The notes under the pieces: model-generated
The model's database searches: none
What the model was told of the DNA's origin: nothing
Seen by the model: the letters and a program-made list of their open reading frames with translations, nothing else
Translations under genes and position numbers: made by a program
Shown: positions 1-7,936 of the stretch, piece by piece
How the letters are laid out: every line of letters starts with the position of its first letter
Numbering within the stretch: position 1 is the stretch's first letter
From: a bacterium
GTDB lineage: Bacteria > SAR324 > XYD2-FULL-50-16
Assembly: GCA_032250835.1 (NCBI GenBank)
Contig: JAVVEA010000004.1
Span: forward strand, 160,001-224,000
DNA: 64,000 nucleotides
Reading direction: 5' to 3'

Positions 1-1
1 G

Positions 2-877
2 TTGCTTTTCTCCCAACCCTTTGAGGCCACCGTTTATTTAGACGGCAACCGACTGGGCACCACGCCGCTCAAGCAAAACATTTCGGCGGGCCAGCACCGC
101 CTCCGTCTGACCTTGAGCGGTTACGCCCCGGTCGAGCGGGAGATACGGGTCAAACCCTTCGAGCGCAACGAGTTTCAGTTCAAACTCCTGCCGGGGCGGG
201 ACGTGATTTTGGAGGTCAAACCGGCCAATGCGCAGGTCAAAATGGACGGGGATGTGCTGCTTCCCGGCGGGCCGGAAAGCGTAGCCGACTTGGACCGGGC
301 GGCGGCCCACCGTAAGTTTTTGGGTCAGGGGCTCCGCCGCTTTGAGGTAAGCCACCCCGGCGCGGCCCAACCGCTCTACCGGGAAATCGACATCCTAAGC
401 GAGGGACAAACCGAGCGGTTCGACCTCCCCATCTCCCCGGCGTACCGCAAAAAGCTGGAATATAGCGAAGCGATGGAAAGCTGGGAATGGTCCTGGAAGG
501 TGCCGCTCTACCTCTCGGCCACCGGTGCGCTGCTTTCGGCCTACAGCTACCAACTGGCGACCCAGGCCTGGGCGGAGCAAAGCTCCGCCGAAGACTCGCG
601 GGACCAAGCTTGGAGCCAACACCAATCGGCCACTTCGGTCGAGGATGCCTTCCGCTACCAACAAGAAGCCCAAACCTACCATGAATCGGCGGTGGCCCAG
701 TCCCAAAAGGCCGAGCAGCAATACCAAATCGCCCAAACCGCCGGGGCCGTCGGCGTGGTGGCAGCGGGACTGGCGCTTTGGTTTTGGGCTGGCGAGCCCG
801 ACCCACCGGGGCAAGTCTCCCTAACGCCGCCCCTGCCGGGCCGTTCGGCGCAACTCAATTATTCCTGGAGGTGGTGA
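2..877 (+). CDS. PEGA-domain protein (5' partial)
   Basis: SQPFEATVYLDG...GTTPL...GQHRLRLTLSGY matches the PEGA pattern; second PEGA-like unit and hydrophobic C-terminal segments; stop overlaps next ATG (TGATG). Confidence 0.75.
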   Translation: MLFSQPFEATVYLDGNRLGTTPLKQNISAGQHRLRLTLSGYAPVEREIRVKPFERNEFQFKLLPGRDVILEVKPANAQVKMDGDVLLPGGPESVADLDRAAAHRKFLGQGLRRFEVSHPGAAQPLYREIDILSEGQTERFDLPISPAYRKKLEYSEAMESWEWSWKVPLYLSATGALLSAYSYQLATQAWAEQSSAEDSRDQAWSQHQSATSVEDAFRYQQEAQTYHESAVAQSQKAEQQYQIAQTAGAVGVVAAGLALWFWAGEPDPPGQVSLTPPLPGRSAQLNYSWRW

Positions 878-2706
878 TGAAGCGATTCTTGATTTTGTGC
901 TGGGTGCTGTTGGCGCTGGTGGGCTGCAAGAAGCAGATGGAGGCCCCCGCAACCGACTTTGAGGACTACGCGGGCAGCAACCCCTCCTCCCAGGCGGCGC
1001 TGCGCTCTTTCGGGTTGCGCAAGGCCCACAATGCCGCCCTGAGCGCTGATGCCCTGGCGGTCATCAGCGGCACCACCCTAGGGCTCTCCCTGCCCGATAA
1101 CCTTGACCAAAGCGCCCTGGTGCCCAGCTTCGAGTTCACCGGGGCGAAGGTCACCGTTGACTCGGTCGAGCCGATCAGCGGTGAGACGGCTCAAGACTTC
1201 AGCAACGGCCCCACCTATCGCGTCGAGGCCTTCGATGGCAGCCACCAAGACTTTACGGCCGTCGTCACCACCTACGACCCCAACGACCCCCTGCTGGCCT
1301 CGGGCGAAAACGGCATCTCCCTGGCCAGCGGAGCCGACTCGACCCAAACCAAGACGGTCAGCGTCGCCCTGGCGGCGAACGACGAAGACGGCCTAGTGGG
1401 TTACTACCTTTCCGAATCCGCCACCGCCCCGGCGCTGGACGCCGAAGGCTGGGTGACCTTCGCGCCGACCGAAAATTACCTGGGCACCACCACCTTCACC
1501 TTGAGTAACACCGACGGGACCAAGACGGTCTACGCTTGGTTCAAGGATTCGTCCGGCGAGGTGTTGGGCGGGGTGAGCGACCAGATCAGCCTTTCGCGGA
1601 CCTACTCGATCAGTTTGGCCGACGGCGCGGCGAGCACCAGCACCAAGTCGATCACCGCCAGCTTGAGCGCCGCGACCAGCGGGATCAGCGGTTATTACCT
1701 CTCCGAAACCAACTCGACCCCGACGGCGGATGCCTCGGGCTGGGTGGCCGTCTCGGGTTCGGGGACCAGTTGGAGCGGTACGGCTAGCTTCACCTTGAGC
1801 GACAACGACGGGACCAAGACGGTCTACGCTTGGTTCAAGGATTCGTCCGGCGAAGTACAAGGAGGGGTGAGCGACGGCATCACCCTAAGCCTGCCCAAGG
1901 CGTTGACCGCCTTCAGCTTCAAAAAATCGGATAATTCTCCGTTGCTGGCTGATGTGGACGCGACCATCAGCGGTACGGCCATTTCGGTTACTCTTTGGGA
2001 ACAACGGGCAAATCAGACCAAAATGCTGGTGCCCAGGTTCGCCAGCACCGGCACCTCTGTTTGGGTCGGTTCGACGCAACAGTCCAGCGGGACCAGCAGC
2101 CAAGATTTCACCCATCCGGTGACCTACAAGGTCCAAGACACGGACGGGGGCACCCAGGCATACACCGTCTCGGTAACCGTCCATTCTCCGGTCCCCGACA
2201 CGGGGCAGACCAGTTGTTACGACAATTCGACGGCCATCACCTGCCCCAGCGCCGGGCAGAACTTCTACGGCCAGGACGCCCAATACCAACCATCGCTCAA
2301 CCAGCAGAGCTACACCGACAACGGCGACGGCACCGTGACCGACAACCTGAGCGGCCTAGTCTGGCAGCGCTGTTCGGCGGGCCTGAGCGGAGCCAACTGC
2401 GCCACCGGTACGGCGGCCACCTACACCTGGGCCGACGCAGGCACCTATTGCACCGACAACACGGCGGGCCTACCCGGCACGGGGTGGCGGTTGCCCACCA
2501 AGACCGAGTTGAGCTGGATCGTCCGCAGCCAGGGATCGGCCCCGTTCATCGACACCACGGCCTTTCCGGCCACTGTTTCGAGCGACTATTGGACGTCCAC
2601 GTCCTACGCGTTGCTCACCAACAGCGCCTGGTACGTGCTCTTCAGCAGTGGTGACGTGCCCGCCAACAATAAGGCCAGCAACTTCTATGTCCGTTGCGTC
2701 CGTTGA
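877..2706 (+). CDS. Surface lipoprotein with repeated beta-rich domains and C-terminal DUF1566/Lcl domain; candidate DGR target
   Basis: Start at ATG 877 gives lipobox MKRFLILCWVLLALVG-C; PDTGQ..C..GQDAQY, DNGDGTVTDNLSGLVWQ, WRLPTKTEL, YWTST and terminal VRCVR are DUF1566 motifs. Confidence 0.85.
   Translation: MKRFLILCWVLLALVGCKKQMEAPATDFEDYAGSNPSSQAALRSFGLRKAHNAALSADALAVISGTTLGLSLPDNLDQSALVPSFEFTGAKVTVDSVEPISGETAQDFSNGPTYRVEAFDGSHQDFTAVVTTYDPNDPLLASGENGISLASGADSTQTKTVSVALAANDEDGLVGYYLSESATAPALDAEGWVTFAPTENYLGTTTFTLSNTDGTKTVYAWFKDSSGEVLGGVSDQISLSRTYSISLADGAASTSTKSITASLSAATSGISGYYLSETNSTPTADASGWVAVSGSGTSWSGTASFTLSDNDGTKTVYAWFKDSSGEVQGGVSDGITLSLPKALTAFSFKKSDNSPLLADVDATISGTAISVTLWEQRANQTKMLVPRFASTGTSVWVGSTQQSSGTSSQDFTHPVTYKVQDTDGGTQAYTVSVTVHSPVPDTGQTSCYDNSTAITCPSAGQNFYGQDAQYQPSLNQQSYTDNGDGTVTDNLSGLVWQRCSAGLSGANCATGTAATYTWADAGTYCTDNTAGLPGTGWRLPTKTELSWIVRSQGSAPFIDTTAFPATVSSDYWTSTSYALLTNSAWYVLFSSGDVPANNKASNFYVRCVR
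1513..1853 (+). repeat. Intragenic domain duplication (294-nt period)
   Basis: 1513-1559 and 1807-1853 are identical (gacgggaccaagacggtctacgcttggttcaaggattcgtccggcga); protein repeat GYYLSE...GW...FTLS..DGTKTVYAWFKDSSGEV.GGVSD. Confidence 0.9.
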
Positions 2707-2714
2707 GGGGAGCT
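2575..2714 (+). repeat. Putative DGR variable region VR1 with IMH-like 3' end
   Basis: Ungapped match to 4120-4259; mismatches concentrated at codon positions 1-2; identity continues past the stop codon (tgaggggagct). Confidence 0.75.
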
Positions 2715-2805
2715 GGTTTTGGAACGTGAATTCTGCTGGGAATGCTCCCCCCAGCGGAAATGCTGTTACAAGGAGCAAGTCAAAGCATTCTTTTTGGAGA
2801 TAAAA

Positions 2806-3297
2806 ATGAACGTGAAAGCGATCAGCGCAAAAATCAACGACGCCGGATTCGGCAGCAGCCGAACCCAAGTGCAATTCGCCGAGATCCGCGTGCAGGCCGG
2901 AGGCAACGCGGAGGAGGCGGTGTTCCGCTTCGAGGCGAGCGAGTGGACCGCATTGGACGACAAAATGAAGGGTATCCCGCTGCCCGATGGCGAGCCCATC
3001 CAGGTCTCCCTTACCCTGCTCTCCTTGGGCAGCAAAGCCTTGGACATGCTAATTAGGAACATTCTGCGGGGGAGCTTGGGGCAGGCCGCTCCATTGACGG
3101 AGGTGCTTCTCCCCAAATTGGACCTCAGTCAGGATGCAACGCAAACCTTCGACCAACAGGTCATCAATCCAGACGATGGCGGATTCTCGTCGCAGCAGAT
3201 CTTGGTGGAGTTTCCGTCCGCGACCAGACGCATGACGCCGGACGGGATCCTCAAGCCCGGCGACAGTCTGGCCCTAGTCACCCTGAACTTGGCGTAA
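2806..3297 (+). CDS. Hypothetical protein
   Basis: Open frame; ggag RBS before ATG 2806; no family recognised. Confidence 0.6.
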   Translation: MNVKAISAKINDAGFGSSRTQVQFAEIRVQAGGNAEEAVFRFEASEWTALDDKMKGIPLPDGEPIQVSLTLLSLGSKALDMLIRNILRGSLGQAAPLTEVLLPKLDLSQDATQTFDQQVINPDDGGFSSQQILVEFPSATRRMTPDGILKPGDSLALVTLNLA

Positions 3298-3396
3298 AGC
3301 GCCGCATCTCCTGGGCGGCTAACGCCGCTCCGCCTGATGCCCAAGAGGGAGGACACCGGGCGTAACTTCAGCCCCTCGTTTTTTTGGAGAACTGTT

Positions 3397-3726
3397 ATGA
3401 ATAGTCAAGAATCGGTTCATAAAATCGCCCCTATCCTCGCCAAAATAGCCCAACATATCCTCGCCGACTTGTTGCATCGTTCAGCGACCGGAGCGGCCAG
3501 GGATTTACTCGATGCGGTGCAGGATGGTGATCAGGACAAAATCAAGAAGCTCCGCACGGTCTTAGTGCATGACTGGGCGGACAAACTCGTTCTGGATCGA
3601 ATTCCTGGTTTTGACCGCGAACGAGAGGAATGGGTCATTGGGCAAGTCCTCGACATCGTCTGTGAATCCATCAAAGCGAGCGATAAGGCAGTCAACGCTA
3701 ATGGTGACAGCCTGGAATCAGTGTAA
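3397..3726 (+). CDS. Hypothetical helical protein
   Basis: ggag RBS before ATG 3397; no family recognised. Confidence 0.55.
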   Translation: MNSQESVHKIAPILAKIAQHILADLLHRSATGAARDLLDAVQDGDQDKIKKLRTVLVHDWADKLVLDRIPGFDREREEWVIGQVLDIVCESIKASDKAVNANGDSLESV

Positions 3727-3822
3727 CCGGGGCACCCGACTCCGCCTGACCGGCGGCGGCAGCCGACCCTGCCGTCGTCGGCTTCTCCAAGAACGGAAGA
3801 ACGCCAGAACCTGGGATTTAAG

Positions 3823-4251
3823 ATGAAAAAGAATTGTTTGCTTTGGTTGCTGTGGTGGGCCTTCGGGCTCCCGGCGCTCTGGGCCGCGCCCTACACCGGC
3901 CACGGCGACCAGACCGTGACCGACCAAGCGACGGGCCTGATGTGGGACCAACGGGAGACCTCGACCAGGACGTGGCAAGCGGCCCTGGCCTACTGCGAGG
4001 GGCTCGACCACGCAGGACACACCGACTGGAGGCTGCCCAACCGCAACGAACTGGAAAGTCTGGTCGATGACGCCAAGACCTCCTCCCCGGTCATCGACAC
4101 CACGGCCTTCCCCAACGCCGTTTCGTACTACTATTGGGCGTCCACGTCCCACGCGTTGAACACCAGCAACGCATTGAGCGTGCTCTTCAACAGTGGTTAC
4201 GTGAACCACCTTAATAAGACCAGCAACCGCTATGTCCGTTGCGTCCGTTGA
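3823..4251 (+). CDS. Secreted single-domain DUF1566/Lcl protein; candidate DGR target
   Basis: Signal peptide; GDQTVTDQATGLMW, TWQAALAYC, DWRLPNRNEL, YWAST, VRCVR. Confidence 0.88.
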   Translation: MKKNCLLWLLWWAFGLPALWAAPYTGHGDQTVTDQATGLMWDQRETSTRTWQAALAYCEGLDHAGHTDWRLPNRNELESLVDDAKTSSPVIDTTAFPNAVSYYYWASTSHALNTSNALSVLFNSGYVNHLNKTSNRYVRCVR

Positions 4252-4259
4252 GGGGAGCT
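4120..4259 (+). repeat. Putative DGR variable region VR2 with IMH-like 3' end
   Basis: Ungapped match to 2575-2714 at offset 1545. Confidence 0.75.
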
Positions 4260-4268
4260 TGGCACTTG

Positions 4269-4455
4269 GGGCCTTCGGCCCTTTTGGGGCGCAAAGCAGC
4301 ACCGAGGCGAAGCCGAGGGCTGCGTGCGTACCGGTTCCCAAGCAAGCACAGCTTGCTTGGGGGCCCTGCAACGCGAGAGCGTTGCCCAGCCGAGGGGTCG
4401 GCGGAGTCGACTCCCCTGCCCCCGCCCCGCCCGCCTTAAGGCGGGCCGGTTTTTT
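4269..4455 (+). other. Cluster of short hairpins ending in a terminator-like stem
   Basis: GGGCC-ttc-GGCCC 4269-4281; CCCAAGCAAGC-aca-GCTTGCTTGGG 4337-4361; GCAACGC-gaga-GCGTTGC 4368-4385; GCCCGCC-ttaa-GGCGGGC 4429-4446 followed by a T-run. Confidence 0.7.
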
Positions 4456-4775
4456 CCGCCGCGCTCCCCAACGCCCCGGCTTGCGGTCCTCTAGGGAAAC
4501 CGAAAAGCAGTCGTTCACAACGTCGCCTCGGAAAACAGGAAATCAGGGGATAGCATGCCCATATTTCCAAATCCGAATAGAAATCAGAGGACCGTAAACC
4601 TATTTTAAAATCCGCTAGCCTACGGTCGATTTGGATTTAAGCGAAGGAAGGGGGCGGGCATTGCTCACCCCAATCCCTCGGCGGCGGTTCAAGGGACGAG
4701 CAAAGGGATTGTCAAGGTTTGACTATTTGGGGCTCCCTAGATTAAACTGGAACAAACCAGTCAGGGAGGTGCGCC

Positions 4776-5027
4776 ATGCAGATGAATGTTTCCATAACCG
4801 AACACTTGGGCCAGTTCGTTCAGGAAAAGGTGAAGGCCGGTTTGTATAATTCGGCTAGCGAAGTGGTCCGGGAGGCGCTCAGGCTGCTTGAGCAACAGGA
4901 TCAAATCCGGCAGTTGCAGCTTGAAGCGCTGCGGTCTGAGATTCAAAAAGGGGTCGGCAGTGGCGAAGCTACGCCCTGGGATGCGGGCGAACTGAAGGCC
5001 GCTTTGTCGAAGCGGCACAAACGCTAA
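4776..5027 (+). CDS. ParD-family (RHH) antitoxin
   Basis: MNVSIT...FV..KVKAGLYNSASEVVREALRLLE is typical of ParD-like antitoxins. Confidence 0.88.
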   Translation: MQMNVSITEHLGQFVQEKVKAGLYNSASEVVREALRLLEQQDQIRQLQLEALRSEIQKGVGSGEATPWDAGELKAALSKRHKR

Positions 5028-5028
5028 C

Positions 5029-5331
5029 ATGCCCCGAATCCTGAAAACTCCCTTGGCCTTGGAGGATACGCTCGAAGCGGCTGAATTCATCTACCGGGAC
5101 AATCCCCAGGCAGCCGAGAGGTTCTTGGACCTGATCGACGAGAAATTGAAGCTGCTGGCGGAAAATCCCCTGATTGGGCGGGAGCGCGCCGAACTGCTGG
5201 CAAGTCTGCGCAGTTTCCCCTTCAAAAGCTATGTTGTCTTTTACCGCCCGCTGACCGATGGAATCGAATTCATTCGGCTATTGCACGCGCACCAGGACGT
5301 GGAAGGCCGGTTCGGTGGAGCGGAGCAATAA
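5029..5331 (+). CDS. RelE/ParE-family toxin
   Basis: A.EDT....FI.RDNPQAAERF...LAENPLIGRER.EL..LRSF...YVVFYR...IRLLH; follows antitoxin by 1 nt. Confidence 0.9.
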   Translation: MPRILKTPLALEDTLEAAEFIYRDNPQAAERFLDLIDEKLKLLAENPLIGRERAELLASLRSFPFKSYVVFYRPLTDGIEFIRLLHAHQDVEGRFGGAEQ

Positions 5332-5739
5332 CCTCGATTCCCAACTGGAAACTGATCAATCACCCTTTTGGGGGCAACAAGGGTGAGAACGGATTTAACC
5401 ACAATCCAGCCAGCCAAACAGTTTTTTTTGAACCTCGTGGAAAAGTAATCAAATTTTTACCAACCAGGCGGATGGTAATCATATTTTTTGATTTGTAACG
5501 TTTTCTAAGGTCTGGTGGCGTTGGGCAAGACACAGAATTTGCTGGCGGTCTATGCGTTTCTGATAGATCAGCCAGACTTGTACTCCGGTGCCCGCACCCC
5601 TACCTTTTCAAGCCCGGCTTCTGATCACCGAGTCTTCATGGCCCCCAAACCAAACGGCTTTAAGGGCTCGTCATCCCAGCGCTAAACACCAGGAAAAGGG
5701 CGGTGCCCAGGAGGATTAAGCTGCGGTGCATGATCATTT

Positions 5740-5755
5740 TGTCGCCTTTATGACA
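5740..5755. promoter_or_regulatory. NifA upstream activator sequence (TGT-N10-ACA)
   Basis: TGTcgcctttatgACA about 130 nt upstream of the nif-associated ArsC-like gene. Confidence 0.6.
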
Positions 5756-5882
5756 GGCCGCTCAACATGAGGGCGATTTAACATCTTCTACAATTTCTGT
5801 ACCAACGAGGCGAAGGGCCTGGTTTGCACCGCTTTTGCAGTAAAAAGGCGATCAACCAACCCTTGAATCTGGAGGAAGCGCC

Positions 5883-6296
5883 ATGGAATTGGAATTTTTT
5901 GAAAAGCCGGGCTGTAAGAACAATACCAAACAGAAGAAATGGCTCGAAGGGGCCGAATGCCGCTTGGAGGTGCACGACCTCTTGGCCTATCCCTTTGCGG
6001 CCGACGAGTTGGCTCACTTTTTTCGAGGTCGTCCCCGGAGCGACTGGTTTAACCAAACCGCCCCCAGATTGAAGTCCGGCGAATTTAACCCCGAGGGGTT
6101 GAGCGATACGGAGGTTTTTGAGGCGATGCTCAAGGACCGCTTGCTGATCAAGCGGCCTTTGATCCGGCGCGGGCAGGTGCGTTTGGTTGGCTGGGACGCC
6201 GCCCAGTTGGCGGCGTTGGGGATCAACGGCTTGGCCGAAGCCGAGGCCGAGGAGATGAGCGCTTGTAAAGAGCACAAACCCTGTCCCCAGCCTTAA
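5883..6296 (+). CDS. Nitrogenase-associated ArsC/Spx-family protein (NifO/DraB-like)
   Basis: FFEKPGCKNNTKQK, WFNQTAPRLKSG, LIKRPLI; nif context. Confidence 0.8.
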   Translation: MELEFFEKPGCKNNTKQKKWLEGAECRLEVHDLLAYPFAADELAHFFRGRPRSDWFNQTAPRLKSGEFNPEGLSDTEVFEAMLKDRLLIKRPLIRRGQVRLVGWDAAQLAALGINGLAEAEAEEMSACKEHKPCPQP

Positions 6297-6302
6297 ACCG
6301 GG

Positions 6303-7916
6303 TTACTTCAGGTTGCGCCGCTCGTTATAGGGCGGTGCGGTGCTGATCCGGTCATCGACCAACGCCTTGCCGATGGTGAAGTGATAAAAGCTCTGGAAGG
6401 GGCGTCCTTCGAGCTGTAAGTATTCGTGGACTTGGTTGTCGTGGTAACAGCCGATCCCGGTGCCTTGCAGCCCTGCGGCCTCGGCCTCTAGGTACAACAC
6501 CTGCCCCACCATACCACACTCCCAAAAGAGCCTGCGGTACAGCGAGGGGTCTTCTTCTAAGCTCGATCCAAAGGGCACCAACATCCCCAGCGTAAAGGCC
6601 GAATGGCCGCCAATGGCCTGATTGCAACTGACCTGGGCCATCATCTTTCGGGCATTGCCGGTCTCTAATAGGTAAAGGTCCAGGTTGGCTTCGGTTTCGA
6701 TTTTCGACCACATAAACCGCTGAGAAAAAGCCCCTTGCAAGACCGCCAGTTGGGCCTTGTCACGCACTAAGATATAAGTCCCCTGGGCCATGCCCTCGAC
6801 GTTATGCACAAAGAGCAGCAAATCCGCCTTGGGGGCTGGTAGGTCTAGGTCAAAGGGCGCCGCGCCCGCGCGGGGGACCGTCTTTTCTAAGAGGCTGATG
6901 AAATGAGCCTTGTCGGTTCCGCTGGCCTTGGGGTCATAGGCCTGACCGCTGCGGCGGCGTCGGATCAGGGCTTCGGCGTCGGCGTCGGCGGCGGGGCCCT
7001 CAAACCAGGGGCGTTCGGGTAGCGGCTGGGGCCGGAAGGCGCGGTCCGTTTGGATGCTGTCGCTGACCGCTTCTTCGTTGGGCTGCCAGGGGAGGTTGTC
7101 TTTAGAAAGCGGCAACGGCTTGCCCACGAAGGTGAGGTCCGCTAACGCCTCGTCTAGGCCAGCGGGCAGGTCCTGGGGTGCTGCCACCTCTTTGGGGCCG
7201 ATCCACAGCAGCGCTTCAGGCTCTTCGGCCTCGTTTTTGACCCAGGCGGTATGGTGGAAACCCAACAATTGGCCGATCCGTTCCTGGCCCAAACCGTTGA
7301 GCAGCCGCACCTTCCAGCCCAACATATTGGCGGCGATGCTGATAGCCGCCAGGGCATGGCCCAGGTCGTGTTGGACATAGCGGAAGGCCCGCACGCCGTA
7401 CTTCCAAGATTCGCGGATCACGACACTACTTAAGCCCAATAAAAATCCGCCTTCCAGGGCTTCTAGGCCCGCCCGCGCCGCGTCGCTCAGTTCGGCGCGC
7501 CGTTCCAACTGGTGGTGTTCGGGTTGGTAGTGGAAGTGGCCGTCTAGTTGGGCGCTGATAATATGGGCTTCGGTGGGGTGCAGGTTGCCGCTTGAAGGGT
7601 TCATGCGCAGCGCCCAGCGGGCCCCGTCATATTCCTTCCAACAAGAAAGCCCCAAGGACAGCTCTAAAAGCGCGCCGATCCCGCGGGCGTCTACCGTCCA
7701 AGCGGGGGCTTCGGGCGGGATATATAGGTGCTTGCGGGCTAGATTTAAGGGCCCCTCTAAAAAAGGTAGGTCTAGGGTGGGGGCCCCTTGGTAGGTCCTA
7801 AAGGGGTTGGGTTGGTTGTCCCAGTCTAAAAAGGGGAGCGATTCAGCGTAGTTCCCCGGATAATGCTTGCTCGCTTCGTGGTATTCGATGATGTCTTTGC
7901 AGAGAGTCTGCGCCAT
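6303..7916 (-). CDS. SagB/ThcOx-family nitroreductase-like protein
   Basis: YHEASKH, DWDNQPNPFR, LRMNPSSGNLHPTE, RESWKYG.RAFRY, GQVLYLEAEA.G..GTGIGC. Confidence 0.85.
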   Translation of the reverse strand: MAQTLCKDIIEYHEASKHYPGNYAESLPFLDWDNQPNPFRTYQGAPTLDLPFLEGPLNLARKHLYIPPEAPAWTVDARGIGALLELSLGLSCWKEYDGARWALRMNPSSGNLHPTEAHIISAQLDGHFHYQPEHHQLERRAELSDAARAGLEALEGGFLLGLSSVVIRESWKYGVRAFRYVQHDLGHALAAISIAANMLGWKVRLLNGLGQERIGQLLGFHHTAWVKNEAEEPEALLWIGPKEVAAPQDLPAGLDEALADLTFVGKPLPLSKDNLPWQPNEEAVSDSIQTDRAFRPQPLPERPWFEGPAADADAEALIRRRRSGQAYDPKASGTDKAHFISLLEKTVPRAGAAPFDLDLPAPKADLLLFVHNVEGMAQGTYILVRDKAQLAVLQGAFSQRFMWSKIETEANLDLYLLETGNARKMMAQVSCNQAIGGHSAFTLGMLVPFGSSLEEDPSLYRRLFWECGMVGQVLYLEAEAAGLQGTGIGCYHDNQVHEYLQLEGRPFQSFYHFTIGKALVDDRISTAPPYNERRNLK

Positions 7917-7936
7917 GAATCGGGCCTTGTATTAGG

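Noticed and set aside
3300-3380. Hammerhead ribozyme or integron attC site
   Set aside because: ctgatg is followed by c rather than a and there is no GAAA core; there is no matching GTTRRRY end for attC
3397-3726. Avd accessory protein of a DGR
   Set aside because: Size fits, but I recognise no Avd-like sequence features and there is no adjacent RT
4120-4259. Second DUF1566 3' end as the DGR template repeat
   Set aside because: It is coding, lacks several As present in the first copy, and 8 mismatched sites have no A in either copy
5883-6296. Detoxifying arsenate reductase ArsC linked to arr
   Set aside because: The EKPGC.NN..QK pattern and upstream NifA site fit the nitrogenase-associated ArsC-like family
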